In this document: piece by piece, positions 27,239 to 42,013 of the stretch
Layout: each line of letters begins with the position of its first letter
Position numbering within the stretch: position 1 is the first letter of the stretch
NCBI GenBank assembly: GCA_951406725.2
Contig: OX597836.1
Location: 31,930,001-31,994,000 of the forward strand
DNA: 64,000 nucleotides
Reading direction: 5' to 3'
Origin: Octopus vulgaris
Taxonomy: Eukaryota
Notes under the pieces: model-generated
Seen by the model: only the letters and a program-made list of their open reading frames with translations
Databases searched by the model: none
Told to the model about the DNA's origin: nothing
Translations under genes and position numbers: made by a program

Positions 27239-27345
27239 GGGTTGGTTTTGTGACACTGATGTAGGTTACAGTTGTGTACTCACTGTGTATGGCAAATAAA
27301 GTGAGTACACAGCTGTAAACTACACCAGTGTCACAAAACCAGCCC
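27239..27345. repeat. 46-bp-arm inverted repeat with 15-nt loop
   Basis: 27239-27284 pairs with 27300-27345, 4 differences (two G.U-compatible on +). Confidence 0.92.
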
Positions 27346-27351
27346 TCTCAA

Positions 27352-27925
27352 AAGTACCTTGGATCATAGGGTGGCATGCTGTGCTTGAGGAGACCTATTG
27401 AATCAAGTCCATCAAAATCAAATCAAATGGAAATTGTAGTTGTGATCCCTGTGTCGGAAGCACGCAAAAAGCACCATCCGTACGTGGCCGATGCCAGTGC
27501 TGCCTTGACTGGCTACCATGCCAGCGGCATGTAAAAAGCACCATCTGATCATGGTTGATGCCAGCTCCTCTGGCTCCTTGTGCTGGTGGCACATAAAAAG
27601 CACCCACTACCAAAATCAAAAATAAAATCATAATCAAATGGAAATTGTAGTTGCCAATGCCAGTGCCATCTGACTGGTTCCCATGCCAGTGGCACATAAA
27701 AAGCACCCACTACACTCTTGGAGTGGCTGGCGTTAAGAAGGGCATCCAGCTGTAGAAACACTGCCAGATCAGATTGGGGCCTGGTGCAGCCACCTGGCTT
27801 CCCAGACCCCAGTCGAACCCTCCAACCCATGGCAGCATGGAAAATGGATGTAAAACGATGATGATGAGGATGATGATGAGGATGATGATGATGATAAGGA
27901 TGATGATGATGATGATGATGATGAT
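27352..27925 (+). mobile_element. repeat family C including RTE-3'UTR-like segment
   Basis: AAGTACCTTGGATCATAGG matches the 3' UTR of the RTE fragment at 53668-54067; (TGA)n tail. Confidence 0.8.
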
Positions 27926-28649
27926 GTTAAAGGGTTAAATAAAAAAGTATTGGGTGGATTTGTTCGACTAAACCCTTCAAAGAAATGCTCTGTTATGGCT
28001 GCAATCCAATGACTGAAACAAGTAAAGAATAAAAGTTGACACACAAATAGACTAGAAAACAGGAAAAATGAAGCTATTTAGGAAATATTGGTGAGAAAAT
28101 GAAGCAGCACACATGAGAGCCTTAAGATCATAAATATTGGAATGTTGTTTAACAAAATGACGGGAATATGACTTTGAAAATTTTAAATAAATAACGTAAG
28201 ATACCATTCCCGAGATGATATGACAGTGATAAAATTCATTTAGAATAATAGAAGTTTCAGTCTTTGATCCCTTGAGGGCAAAAAAAGTGTTCCATTATAT
28301 GAAATGTTGATGTGAAAGTAGAATGGTCTATATTTATGTAAACATTATTGAAGGATATAAAATATTTTTGTAAGCTATATTTGAAGCAGTTATGGGAAGT
28401 GATTTAAAAATAAATGTACTCTTCTCAGCAGGGGACTAATATTTGTTTTCAACCCTGGCTGAGCATGCTTCTTTTTTCTTTATTTATTTTTTTCGTTTAT
28501 ATATTTTTTGTTTATTTATTTTTCATTTATTTATATTTCATTTATTTATTTTTGTTTATTTATTTTTTGCTTATTTATTTTTGTTTGCTTATTTTTGTAT
28601 ATTTTTTGTTGTTTACTTTTTGTTCACTTTTTTGTTTGTTTATTTCTTT

Positions 28650-28864
28650 ATCTTTTACTTGTTTAAATCATTAGAATGTGGCCAAGCTGGGGTACTTTTT
28701 TTAGTACTGAATCAGCCCTAGTATTCTACTTTTGTTTTTAAAGCCTAGCACTTATTCTATAAGCCTGTTTTGCTGAACTGCTAAGTTTTAGAGATGTAAC
28801 ACTCCAATACCTGTTGTGGAGCAGTGGTGGAAGACAAACACAGAAACACACACACACACACACA

Positions 28865-28951
<87 letters not shown>

Positions 28952-29115
28952 ACACAACAGGCTTCTTTCAGTTTGTGTCTACCAAATCCACTCACAAGGT
29001 TTTTGTCAGCCTGGAGCTATAGTAAAAGACACTTGCCCAAGGTTCCATGCAGTGGGACTGAACCTAGAACCATGTGGTTGGGAAGCAAGCTTCTTACCAC
29101 ACAACTACACGGTGC
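28650..29115 (-). mobile_element. SINE family A with expanded internal (CA)n
   Basis: Homology to family A; about 100-bp (CA)n at 28846-28956. Confidence 0.88.
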
Positions 29116-29317
29116 CTAGTTTATTTATTTTGCAAACATAGTGTGAATCTAGGACAACATTTTCTACTTTACTTGATCCTCTTTTACATGTTGCAGTCAT
29201 TGAGTTGTGGCCATGCTGGGGCACTGTCTTGAAAGGTTTTGATTGAATGAATTGCCCTCAGAATTCATCTTTTTAGCGTGTTGTGCTTATTCTGCTGGTA
29301 ACTTTGATTGTTAACAA

Positions 29318-29795
29318 TCATCATCATTCATCATTGTTCGACTGTGGTCGAGACAATGGAATTTACCATGCTACGCCAGACTTCACGGTCCATCATAGAT
29401 TTACGGAGGTCCTGTTGCTGGATGCCTGTATCCCTGGAGATTACATCAGGGTAGGAGAGTGTGCCCTCTGGTATTGCGAGTAGATGGCTTCCAGAGGAGA
29501 AGAGTAGAAATTGCCTCATTTTCAGCTCTACAACAATGTCCAGCAAACTGGACTCTCCTACCTTTCACAAGAGATGACACAGTAGGTAGTTTCCTATATA
29601 TTTGCATTTTGGTTGGATGACACTTCCACAAGAGATTTTGAGCTCTCATAAGGAGGCGAGTGTAGGTTCCATCCAACCACCTCTCAAGCTTCTTTGGTAA
29701 CGTCCAGGTTTCTGAGCCATATAGTAGAATTGGTTCGACTGTGGCTTTGAAGATTTCAAGTTTGAAGTCTCTACTTAGATTTGATGACCAGATGT
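29318..29795 (-). pseudogene. RTE/RTEX-clade LINE reverse transcriptase C-terminal fragment, frameshifted
   Basis: IWSSNLSRDFKLEIFKATVEPILLYGSETWTL...LDGTYTRLL...RRVQFAGHC...MMDREVWRSMV*, then a (TGA)n tail. Confidence 0.9.
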
Positions 29796-30020
29796 TAACA
29801 AACCAACACCAGTTGTCAAGTTACCACATTTCTGTGACAATGCACTGCTTGTTTTTCAGTTAATCTTTAAAATAATAATGGATTTAGTAAATTGCTTTTG
29901 TCATTAATTCGATATTTGGAACAAATTAACATGAAAATTTGATGGAAGGTTTTAATTTAGATCTCTTTAAAACAGGAAATTTGTTGTAAAGAACCCAAGG
30001 CAGTATCAGGCTGATTGGTT

Positions 30021-30332
30021 CGTCCATCCATCCATCCATCCATCCACCCACCCATCCATCCACCCATCCAACCATCCCCCCACCGACCCATCCATCCATC
30101 CATCCATCCATCGATTCATCCGTCCGTCCGTCTGTCTGTCCGTCCGTCCGTCCATCCATCCATCCATCCATCCATCCATCCACCCATCCATCTACACATC
30201 CATCCATCCATCCACCCATCCATCTACCCATCCATCCATCCACCCATCCATCCACCCATCCATCCATCTATCCATCCATCCACCCATCCACCCATCCATC
30301 CGTCCATCCGTCCGTCTGTCCGTCCGTCCGTC
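30021..30332. repeat. (CCAT)n/(CCGT)n microsatellite
   Basis: Directly visible. Confidence 0.97.
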
Positions 30333-31917
30333 AGGGTTAAATTGTGGGTGTCATTTTGAGATGACATACCTAGGTAGCAGATGATGAGAGGGACAAGGGT
30401 TCAAGGATTAAGCTTGTAATGTTTCTTTAAGAGGGCTGTCTTGTACTGTAAGTCATTTAAATACCTTTGAAATCTGAATAAGCTCCAGCCTCATGAACTT
30501 ACATAACTGGTATTACTCAGATATTTTTCTGATGCTACATGTGTAGACAATGACTACACTAAAGTTTGAATTTTCATGTAATTTATTAACCTACATCCTT
30601 ATATTTACATACCTACTACATTCAAAGCTTATTGGAACAATGTTTAACTAATGTCAGTACAATGAAAAATAAAAACATTCCCCATCTATTTCCTGGACCA
30701 TGGTTTCAAGCTCTCTTCAGCAAATAAAGTAATTTGCTAGGTGAAGCTCTCATCAGCAGGAAAGCCAAAGATAAACATATAAGCACAAAGCAATACAGAA
30801 CATGCCTTGTGCTTACATGTTATAAGTTTTCAAATCCACCGCGCAAGCGCAGTTTTTTTTTCCGGTGGCAAATAGAAATAATGCCGATTTTCTTCCAAAA
30901 TTAGCCAAAAAATTATTATTAATAAATTTCAGGGTAATAAAAAATTATTTAGAAATATTTTACTACCAGTGGCCTAGCATGTAGAAAAACTAGTCAATAG
31001 ACTATATATTATTCATTATAAATACAGTGTACATTTCTTATGTGTTTAAATTGTACGCTATATTTGTGATGTATTTTAAATTCTTAAGATAATTTCACTG
31101 CAGTTTAACATGGACAAAAAATTCTCACTTATGGCAAAAGTGTGAACACACCATTATGAGCACAGTGGCATCCTCTATTGCATCCTTACATGAATTCCTG
31201 GTTTGTTTTGCTCTCCTCAGGGGTATACCAAAGAGAGAAAAAAACCCTGAGCTGACTAAAAACCTATAACTTTATAATAAATCACTAAATACTAGTGTGT
31301 GTATTCTTTTATTCGTTCCAGTCATGCTGCAGCACTGTCTTTAGTTGAACAAATTGACCCCATGACTTATTCTTTGTAAGCCTAGTACTTATTCTATCAG
31401 TCTCTTAGGCCAAACCGCTAAGTTATGGGGACATAAATACACCAGCATTGGTTGTCAAGTGATAGTAGGTATTATGCAACAAAATCGGTTATAGAACTAG
31501 ATACTAATAGATTTAAATTTAGGAATTTACAAAATTTCAATTAGATTATTTATTTATGATTAATCTGTCTTAAAAGCATTTTATTTTAAAAGTGTTAGAA
31601 GTTATAAAAATGTTCAATTGTTATTTTTCATGACATATTTAAGAAGATATGTCTATCTGATGAAACCTCATTATATTTAAATGATATTTTATTATTCTTG
31701 AAAAATCCTAATATCACGGCAAATTGTTTTATAACTCAAAAACATGCAAATAATTTATACTATCATATTTAATAATAAATAAACTACTTACATGTCTAAA
31801 TTAATGGAAAATGCTAGAAATTCATCCAAAATAATGCAGAATTTGAGCTACATCATCAGGTTAAAAAAAGTCTTGTTATAAGTACTACCAGATTACTTGT
31901 ATCCATGTATTGTGACT

Positions 31918-31953
<36 letters not shown>

Positions 31954-32120
31954 TATATAATTACATATAATATATACTTATATATATATAAAGACACACG
32001 GACACTTAATTACATATAAATATATATATTTATTCTCACTGAAATGTAGATGTTCTGTTGGAACAAACTATACTGTGGCTTGTGTGCATATATATATGTA
32101 TGTGTGTATATATATGTATT

Positions 32121-32173
<53 letters not shown>

Positions 32174-32295
32174 GTATATATATATATGTGTATATATATA
32201 TATATATACACACATAAATACATACAACCATAATATATATTTATAGATACATACATACAAAATATATACATATATATTTGCATATATATATGTAC

Positions 32296-32351
<56 letters not shown>

Positions 32352-32354
<3 letters not shown>

Positions 32355-32550
32355 GTGACCTCCTGTGTACCGTTGGCGATTTTTTTCCCTCTGTCTTCCC
32401 TTCTCTGGATCTTTCTCTTCTCCTATGTTTCTGACGAAGTGCTTCGCTCGAAACATTAAACCCTCCTTCTTTCCTTCTTTCCTGAGCGTCCAATAATACT
32501 ATATTTGTTCCACGTCCTTGTGTTGTGTTTTTTTGTGCTTTCATGTTTGG

Positions 32551-32558
<8 letters not shown>
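32352..32558 (+). mobile_element. about 205-bp microsatellite-embedded element with minimal hammerhead (32427-32461)
   Basis: GTTT-CTGACGA-A-GTGC(ttc)GCTC-GAAAC-ATT-AAAC; stem I GTTT/AAAC. Confidence 0.78.
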
Positions 32559-32624
<66 letters not shown>

Positions 32625-33351
32625 TACACTAATAATGTATCTATTCATTCTTAACACGTTGCGGTAGATTTAAATACAGAGAACTATGGCTATTTCTTAA
32701 AAGAAACAAATCTAGTCCCATTCACACACACACACACACACACATACACACACAATTGATACAAGCACTCACTAAATATATATTCATCACATATATATTT
32801 GTACAAACATAAAACAGATTTAGTTTTCTTTCATTGAGATTCTACAACAATAATACCCTCAAAACAGTTTCCAGTGTAATGCAATTATTTCTGGTTGCAG
32901 ATACTACTCAATATAATTACCCTATTATAATTTCGAAATGGATAGAAATAACGCTATTTACAAAAGATTTATGGCTTGAAGTTCTGAATAGCCAAACATT
33001 ATACGAAGAACTCTACATGAAAGGCTTTAAAAATCAAAGTATTGGAAACAATTGCAGAGACACCATATAGAATATCCAGGATATTTTCATTCATACACAG
33101 ACATATATATATATATAATATGAGGGAATAAACACTCCCTATTATATATATATATATATACATATATATACATACATATATGTATATATGTTTACATTTA
33201 TGTGTATATAAATATGTTTATATGTGTATATCTATGTATGCATATATATTTGTATATATGTATGTATATATATGTGTATATGCATATATATATATATATA
33301 TATACACATGCATATATATATATAAATACATATATGATTATTATTGTTATT

Positions 33352-33422
<71 letters not shown>

Positions 33423-34034
33423 CATTATTATTGTAACTGTACTCATGATTTGGTACACAAAAGGTATTGAAATATTCCATAACCAGTTATTTTCTTTCGT
33501 TATATGTTATAATTCAATTCCATATTTACAGTCTCACTTATTGCACCTAAAATTCATCTGATCAATACACCTGCCTCCTTTTTGATGACTGTGCATGCCT
33601 ATAAGTGGTTGGTTGAGCTACTAGAAATAGCAGCTAATCAAATTTCTTTCAAAATTGCATCTTTCATCTTCAAAAAAAAAACAGTATTGATTTGATCATG
33701 TGTTGGTACAACATTAATTTTCAGGAACTTATGGTTCCAAAGCCTTCTCAGATTACTGATTCTTCCAAACCAAGCGTGGTCACCTTAGTTACTGCACTCC
33801 AAACGAAGCAAATAATGATATCAAATTTTGGCATTAGGCCAGCAACTTAGGGAGACACATAAGTTGATTACATTGATCCCAGTATCCAACTGGTACTTGT
33901 TTCATTGACCCTGATAAGAGGAAAGGCAAAATTGTCCTCAGCTGAATTTGAACCCAGAATGAACCCAGACAGACGAAATGTTGCCAAGCATTTTGTCCAG
34001 TGTGCTAACAATTCTGCCAACTTGCTGCCTTACC

Positions 34035-34238
<204 letters not shown>

Positions 34239-34384
34239 TGTCACTGTTTATGACATTGCAGGGTAAATGTGAGAGGCCAGATCTTGCTAGTTTGACCATA
34301 AAACAGGTAGAATATTTCGACTGGGTATGGTCTCTTTAAATACTAAAGGATTATGTCAATGACTGTGAATCTGACAAACAATAT

Positions 34385-34517
34385 TTTACGGAGATGTACT
34401 CGCATAGCAAGTAATTTGATCTGAGATCGCGTGCTGAAACGAAAACAATTGCAGCGTGGAAGGTGTTTATAAGTCATTTAAGAAACACACGAAAGCCGTT
34501 TGATTCACTTCAACATT
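34385..34517. mobile_element. unclassified interspersed repeat fragment; reverse homologue at about 61615-61742
   Basis: Shared GATGTACTCGCATAGCAAGT..TTTGATCTGAGAT..GTGCTGAAAC. Confidence 0.6.
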
Positions 34518-34624
34518 TTTGTTTAGCATTTAAAAGCATTCCATTGGCTACGACCATGTGTTGTTGAGAGACTGTGTAGAAATTTCCATTCAAATCATGT
34601 GAGCATTTGAATGCACCTATAGAA

Positions 34625-35066
34625 TTTTTTCTACTCTAAGCACAAGGCCCGACATTTTTGAGGGAGGGGACCAGTCAATTAGATCGACCCCAGTATGCAA
34701 CTGGTACTTAATTTATCAACCCCGAAAGGATAAACGGCAAAGTCGACCTCAGCAGAATTTGAACTCGGAATAAAAAGACAGATGAAATACCATAAGCATT
34801 TTGTCTGGCGTGCTAACTTTCTTCCAGCTCGCTGCCTTGAATCACAAAGCATATTCTTTTCTACTGTAGGCACAAGGCCTGTAATTTTGGGGGAGGGGGC
34901 CAGTCGATTAGATCAACCCCACTATGCAACTGGTACTTAATTTATCAACCCCAAAATGATGAAAGGCAAAGTTGACCTCGGCGGAATTTGAACTCAGAAC
35001 GTAGCGACAGACGAAATACTGCTGAGCATTTCGCCTGGCGTGCTAACGTTTCTGCCAGCTCACCCC
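34625..35066 (-). mobile_element. two tandem SINE family B copies
   Basis: 34625-34838 and 34854-35066. Confidence 0.92.
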
Positions 35067-35667
35067 TTTAATGCACCTATAGAATGATTGGCTGAAATGT
35101 AGGCTGAAGTCACCTGATATGTTGTGGCCTTCATCCATTAGAGGGCTAACTCAGTTTCAAATGCTAAGTACTGCTGCAAATGCTTCAACAACTGGAATTA
35201 CTGTGTGGTTAATTGGCTTTTGTATTAATTGTGGTTATTATATTAATTGGATTCATTGGATTTATTAATTGTATTTATTAATTGTATTTTTTGTGTAGCT
35301 ACACACGAGAAAATGTCAGAAAGACAGGACAGTTATTCCTCTACAATTTATTGTAAATTCTTAAATATATCTCCTTCTGTGTATGTATATACTACCAAAC
35401 AAACATGATTTTTATTGAACTCAAAATACTTTTTGGAGTCCCGTTCTGATTACTTTCTTAAATACTTTCTTGTAAACTGTTTTTAACATTTTCTTATCAT
35501 TATCAAAGAATGTATAACTGTATTTTAATAATTTTGTGATAACCAGTAATTAACACAACAGAGCTTATACAAAGCTTTACATTTTACTTCGACAATCTTT
35601 TTCTAAAAAAGTGAAACCGGTCAAGTCAATAAACATCTCTAAAAGTCCATTGCATTTTCAAACCTTC

Positions 35668-35706
<39 letters not shown>

Positions 35707-35708
<2 letters not shown>

Positions 35709-35853
35709 TTAAAATTATACTTTAGGGTATCTAAGAGATACCTCCACACTGGAAATAGCATCCATAACTTGACTCTAAAACCACATTTAGTGTTTTGGCT
35801 GCTATTTCCAGCGTGGACGCATCTCTTAGATACCCTAAATTATAATTTTAATA
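35707..35853. repeat. about 57-bp-arm imperfect inverted repeat abutting (TA)n
   Basis: TTTAGGGTATCTAAGAGAT..TCCACACTGGAAATAGCA pairs with TGCTATTTCCAGCGTGGA..ATCTCTTAGATACCCTAAA. Confidence 0.9.
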
Positions 35854-35931
35854 ATAATTATTACCTTTGAAGGTTTTTATTCCCATGCTGGCCACTTGAT
35901 AAGATCGATAATTAAATTGATGATCTTATCC

Positions 35932-36038
<107 letters not shown>

Positions 36039-37510
36039 TAGATATAGATATATAGAGAAATACAAAAAGAAATACACTAATAGTATGGTATTTATATGTT
36101 TTAAGGTTAATAATTTGGGTAAGTTCATGGTGTCAGCATTTTGCTAAAGTATTTTTTCTCTCAAGATTTATCAGTTGCCTCTGTTTAAAATGAGTGATGT
36201 TCACAAGTCACCTACATACTAATGATAATATAATAGAAAACATAACGGAAGGTTTTAAGATGTTGAATAGCTATGAGGGTCCCATCCCCTGAGTAAAATA
36301 GGATTCAAAATGGGGCAGTTGGGTGGGTTGACTGTATAAGCATCTTTTGATTTCCATCTACTAAATCTATTCATAAAGCTTTGGCCAGCCTGGAGCTAGA
36401 GTACAAGATACTTGTCCAAGGAGTCACACAGTGGGATAGAACCCAGAGCCATGTGGTTGGCAAGCAAATTTCTTATCACATAACCTCTTGTGTGCCTATA
36501 TACTAAATCATATCAGTTTTTTTTTTATTATTATTGATTTTTGAACTTTTAGAAAAAAATTATTAAAAACAAAAAATGGTTATTTTTCTCAGTTTTGTTT
36601 TTTATGTAGTTTTTTTTTTATCACTACTAATTTGAAGTCTTGCTAGTATTTTCCCATTATGTCAACTCCAAAGGATCCTCGACAAGCTGATGTCGATTTT
36701 GGCCTTTGTTGCAAACATTCTGTCATAAATATTTCATCAACATTTTCTCTCTTTATACATTTATGCATTTTTTATAAAAAAAAAAGTTTTTTTTCATCTC
36801 ATGAAATTTACTATAAATTCACTTTACTTTGGTTTATGGTGAAAATTAATTAATTGAATTTCCAAAACAAAAATTCTCACTCTCATACATTCAGGCACAC
36901 ATACTCTGAGACAGATAGACAGTCACACACCCAAAACTACCTTTCTCTCTCTCTCTCACACACACATTCACACACCATAGACATACTGGTTTTTCCTTCT
37001 TTTGGCCTATAACTATCCATTTTATCACATTCAAAACAGTTAGTGGTCATGGTGACCTTTGAGATCCAAAACAATTGTTAGCTTTGAACTTGGTAAACAG
37101 GCTATTAATTTTGGTTCCATATGTTTTTTTTCAGTATTTTTAGCTTCCATAACATTTTCAGGTTTCCAGCCGACAATCACTGGTTCACTTCCTTTATGAG
37201 CATGAGGGTATAAAGGAATTGTTTATGCAACTCGGGCAGAACAAATATAACAAAAGAATTCACTCAAAAACAAAGGTTTATTTACTTATCTTGCTTATAT
37301 TTAAATCTTTCCAATATACATTACCAAAAGACATACAGCATATATGTACAGATGCAAGCATGGCTGTTTGGCTGTAAAGCTTGCTCTCCAACCATATGGT
37401 CATGGGTTCATTTTCACTGCATGGCACCTTGGGTAAGTGTCTTTTATAGTCTTGGGTTGACCAAAGCCTTGTGAGTTAATATGGTAGAGAGAAACTAAAA
37501 GAAGCCAGTC

Positions 37511-37542
<32 letters not shown>

Positions 37543-37544
<2 letters not shown>

Positions 37545-37733
37545 TGCCATGATAGATCAGTAGCCACTACACACATTTTTTTTCTCTCCTTGTTTCTTTC
37601 TGTGCTCCTTTCTGTGGAAGAGCATAGGCTCGAAACATTAAAGATTTTTTCAATTCCCGACCGTTATACTAATACATCTGTTTGTTTTCTACACGACCTG
37701 TCTTCGTCTTTTGCTTTTTTCATGAATTCTCCC
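37543..37733 (+). mobile_element. about 190-bp (TA)n-embedded element with minimal hammerhead (37608-37643)
   Basis: CTTT-CTGTGGA-A-GAGC(atag)GCTC-GAAAC-ATT-AAAG; sits in the internal (TA)n of a family A SINE. Confidence 0.78.
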
Positions 37734-37734
37734 T

Positions 37735-37786
<52 letters not shown>

Positions 37787-37797
37787 TATACATATAT

Positions 37798-37874
<77 letters not shown>

Positions 37875-37896
37875 CATATATATATATATATATACA

Positions 37897-37950
<54 letters not shown>

Positions 37951-38270
37951 GCGACTCCAGGTCATCAGCATCACTTCGACACATCACAGATTTCTAGCCC
38001 CAGATGGCTTATTTTTTTTTTTATATCTAGCACTATGTGTTTCTCTATTTCTAAGTCAAGAGTAAAATTAAAGCAACCCTGCAACACATAACTGATCTTT
38101 ACACACAGACGTACAGAGTAAGAGCAATCAAATAACAACAGCTGAGTCCACAACAAACATCAGATCTGACTGTTGCCTGTCCTCTTGACAAGAGATGCCA
38201 GTTAGTTTTTTACACCTACCAGGCTCATTCGTATTAGCCCAAGTTGGTGGGTAATTTTTCCTTCCTTTAA

Positions 38271-38490
38271 CCCTTTACCATTCAGATTGTTCTGCCAAAT
38301 GTAAAGCTTATGTATTCACACCATGTAAAATTAATCTTGCATCATTTCATGGCTTTGAGATTTCAATGATGTGATTGTTTATTTTTAAAATGACACAATA
38401 AGGTAGCTATGAATGACTATATCTGACTAGTTTGAACACAAAACAGGTAGAATATTTTGGCCGGATATGGTCGGTTTAAACACTAAAGGG
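38271..38490. mobile_element. piggyBac-type MITE with TTAA TSD
   Basis: TTAA-CCCTTTA...TAAAGGG-TTAA. Confidence 0.82.
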
Positions 38491-38892
38491 TTAAAAATAT
38501 TGTAGAATGGAAACCTTTCATCGATTGGAATTTAAATCCTAATCTCTAGAGAAATTTATTGTTTCAAAGAAACATTGAATTTGAATAACTTTTAATTTTT
38601 ACAACTATAGATAACAACTTGAGCTGTAACTTCTGAGCCTGAATCAGGTGGGTATGAATGATGTTGAGTGAACGTCTGCTACAAATGATATTTTTTGACA
38701 CAGGGCACCTCTAGGATGACCACCAGATGCTGGATGAAAATAAATGAACTGCAGGCTCAGTAGAAGGAGTCTGAGTTATTGGCTGCAATTACATACTTGA
38801 AGTCAGTGTTGGCAGAAATTAAATCAGCTTGCAAATACACATTCACTTTACTAAATTTATACTTGGGCTAAGCCCAAGTGCCAGAATCACCA

Positions 38893-38944
<52 letters not shown>

Positions 38945-39810
38945 CATGGAAGAGAGATGTTAAATGATGGTGCTGATGATGATGATATATATATATACAC
39001 ATTAAGAAAAAAAGGTAGTCAGGATTTGGATGAAAACTATTTATTTAGCATTTTCGTCCCATTCTGGGATTTATCATGAATGATTTCTAATAGAAATTTA
39101 TACCTTTTATACATGTGTGTGTGTGTTTGTGTGTGAGTTAGATGGGAAAAGATCTGGAGTTGAATTTGTTTTGTTGGGTTTATGGCTGGAAAGAGGTTGT
39201 TTTTACATACACACACATGTATACATATGTGTGTGTGTGTGTGTGTGTGTGCTTGTGTGAAACCTTTTCTAAAACTGTGATGGTTGCAAACAAGCATCAT
39301 CATCATCATCATCTTCATAAAAAAAGCAATGTTGTTTGTTTCCAGTCTTCTGTGTAAAACATGTCTCTAGCTATGGGAAAATATTACCTTGTTTGGAATG
39401 AGGTGAAGGTTGGTGACAGGAAGGACATCCAACTGTAGAAAAATCTGTCTCAACAAATGCCATCTGACCCATGCAGGCATAGAAAAGTGGACGTGAAATA
39501 TTGATGGTGACAGGAAAAGTATCTAACCATAAAAACTCTGTCCCAAAACACATTCAGCTCATTCAAGTATGAAGAATTCTAAAATCAAAGATCAAGAAGA
39601 GTAGAAATACACTGGGGATTTTTTACAAGATAAACATAACTGTAAACAAATATAGTTTTTATTAGTTTATAGATTATTTAAAAAATTTTACAAATCTTTT
39701 ATTATTTTATGGAAGTAATGCTTTAGGAATTTTGTTTCTGCTTTTATTATCACATGTAACTCCTCTGATACCAAATAGTTTAAAACTATAAAAACATAAA
39801 AACATTTCAA

Positions 39811-40550
39811 AACAGGAAACGAGTCCATTAGAAAATCTGTTTAAGATAGAAGCCATATATGAGCCCAAAAGCATTGCTTATGGTCACTTTAATATGGTTG
39901 TCTTCTAAGAGATGAAGACACTGCCATTTAACCCCAGGAAGACATTTCCTCCAGCTGGTTTATTCAGTCGGTTTCTCACACCCGATATTTATTACAAGGA
40001 GGAGCTAACTCCTGCCACCCTAGCTTCCAGACCAGCAGACCATGTAGTTTTGATCTGTTTTGGTTATCCTCAGTGGTTGGTACTTATTGCCAGGCATGGC
40101 AGCAATTTACTTTACTTGCAATATATAGAAAACACAGTGTCGTCCAGTCACTGATTTTGTAACAAGGAAACTAGTCTGTAAGAAAATCTCTGTTTGAGAT
40201 GGAAGCATTATACGAATTAAAACGTATTGCTTATGGCCACTTTAATGTGACCGTCCTCTAAGAGATGATGACACTGCCATTTAACCCCAAGAAGACATCT
40301 CCTCCAGCTGGTTTATTCACTGTGCTTCTTGTACCTGATATTTATTGCAAGCAGGAGATAACAGATCAAAACCACATGGTCTGGTGATCTTGAAGCCAGG
40401 ATGGCAGGAGTTAACTCTTGCTTGTAATAAATATTGGGTGCAAGAAGTACTTGGCATAAACCAGTTGGAGGAAATGTCTTCCTGGGGTTAAATTGCTGTA
40501 TTGTCGGCTCTTAGAGGACAGTCACATTAAAGTTGCCATTAAAGTGACCA
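39811..40550. repeat. diverged direct + inverted triplication (A +, B +, C -)
   Basis: A 39811-40058, B 40161-40361 (350-bp period), C 40360-40550 reverse complement. Confidence 0.9.
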
Positions 40551-41059
40551 GAATATTTTGTGAAATACTTTATTTAGATCTTGGTCTTGTGTGTGCATGT
40601 ACCTCTGTGCCTTTGTATGTGGGTGTGTGTGTGTGTTCATGTGTTCATGTGCCTCTGTATGTGTGTGTATGTGTCTGTGTGTTTGTGCATGCATGTGTGC
40701 CTCTGAGTATGTGTGTGTGTGTGTGCCTCTGTGTGTGTATGTGTGTGTATCTTTGTGTGTGTACGTGTGTTTGTGTTTGTGCTGTGTCTCTTCCCTGTCA
40801 CCACTTTACAAGTGATGTTGGTTTGATTACATCCATCTAAACAAAACCGATATTCAAAAGAGATCGACAGAAGATGTACCAAACTTAAAAAATAAGTAGC
40901 AGGGTCAATTTCTTCAACTAAAACTCTTCATGGTGTTGCCCCAGTATGGCCACAACCCAGTCTCTGAAGCAAGGAAAAGATAACACACAAAAGAGTATAT
41001 GTGATGTCAAGCAATTAAAGACAAACATTATAAAGAGATGGAATCATTCTATATTAGTT

Positions 41060-41467
41060 AGGTGCTGGAGTGGCTGTGTGGTAAGTAGCTTGCTAACCAA
41101 CCACATGGTTCCGGGTTCAGTCCCACTGCGAGGCATCTTGGGCAAGTGTCTTCTGCTATAGCCCCGGGCCGACCAATGCCTTGTGAGTGGATTTGGTAGA
41201 CGGAAACTGAAAGAAGTTTGTCGTATATATGTATATATATATATATATATATATGTTTGTGTGTATGTGTTTGTTTGTCTGTGTTTGTCCCCCTAGCATT
41301 GCTTGACAACCGATGCTGGTGTGTTTACGTCCCTGTCACTTAGCGGTTCGGCAAAAGAGAACGATAGAATAAGTACTGGGCTTACAAAGAATAAGTCCTG
41401 GGGTCGATTTGCTTGACTAAAGGCGGTGCTCCAGTATGGCCACAGAGTAAAAGAGTAAAAGAGTAAA
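41060..41467 (+). mobile_element. SINE family A
   Basis: High similarity to 45713-46136. Confidence 0.95.
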
Positions 41468-41897
41468 CCATATCTACTTGAAAAAAAAATTGCTTCATAA
41501 TGAATTTATAAATATTTATACACACTTACTAACATAATCGATTATAAATATGTAAATATATGTACAAATAAATTGATTACCGAATTAATAATAATATAAA
41601 ATAATTAGGTGCCAATTTAAATAAAGCATAATAGATTATAGTAAGTTGGTAATAGCTCTTAAATAAATACATTCTGTGAAAGATGCAGATAGCAGTGGAA
41701 GCATCATCACCATTCACCGATAAATTCAAAGAGCAACTGTTTTTGTATATTCCTCATGCATATTCTAAATGTTGCAATGTATAGACATATATTCATATTA
41801 ACATATTCCTATATATTAACAAGCAGTTTATATTTATGCAGCTTTACATGCAACACACATACACACACATATATGTATATATATATATGTGTGTATA

Positions 41898-41928
<31 letters not shown>

Positions 41929-42013
41929 GTAGGTCCCGGGTTGAGTCGGGGTTAACCACAGTAAATAAGGTACTCAATACATAGCAGATTAAATTAATTT
42001 ATTTTATAAAAGG

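Noticed and set aside
30835-30995. Possible Helitron 3' end (CTAGT)
   Set aside because: No convincing subterminal hairpin or 5' end; too weak to call
32834-33070. Non-repetitive short ORFs here and at 10725-10964 and 46417-46614
   Set aside because: No recognisable domain or consistent splice-site pairs; lengths expected by chance
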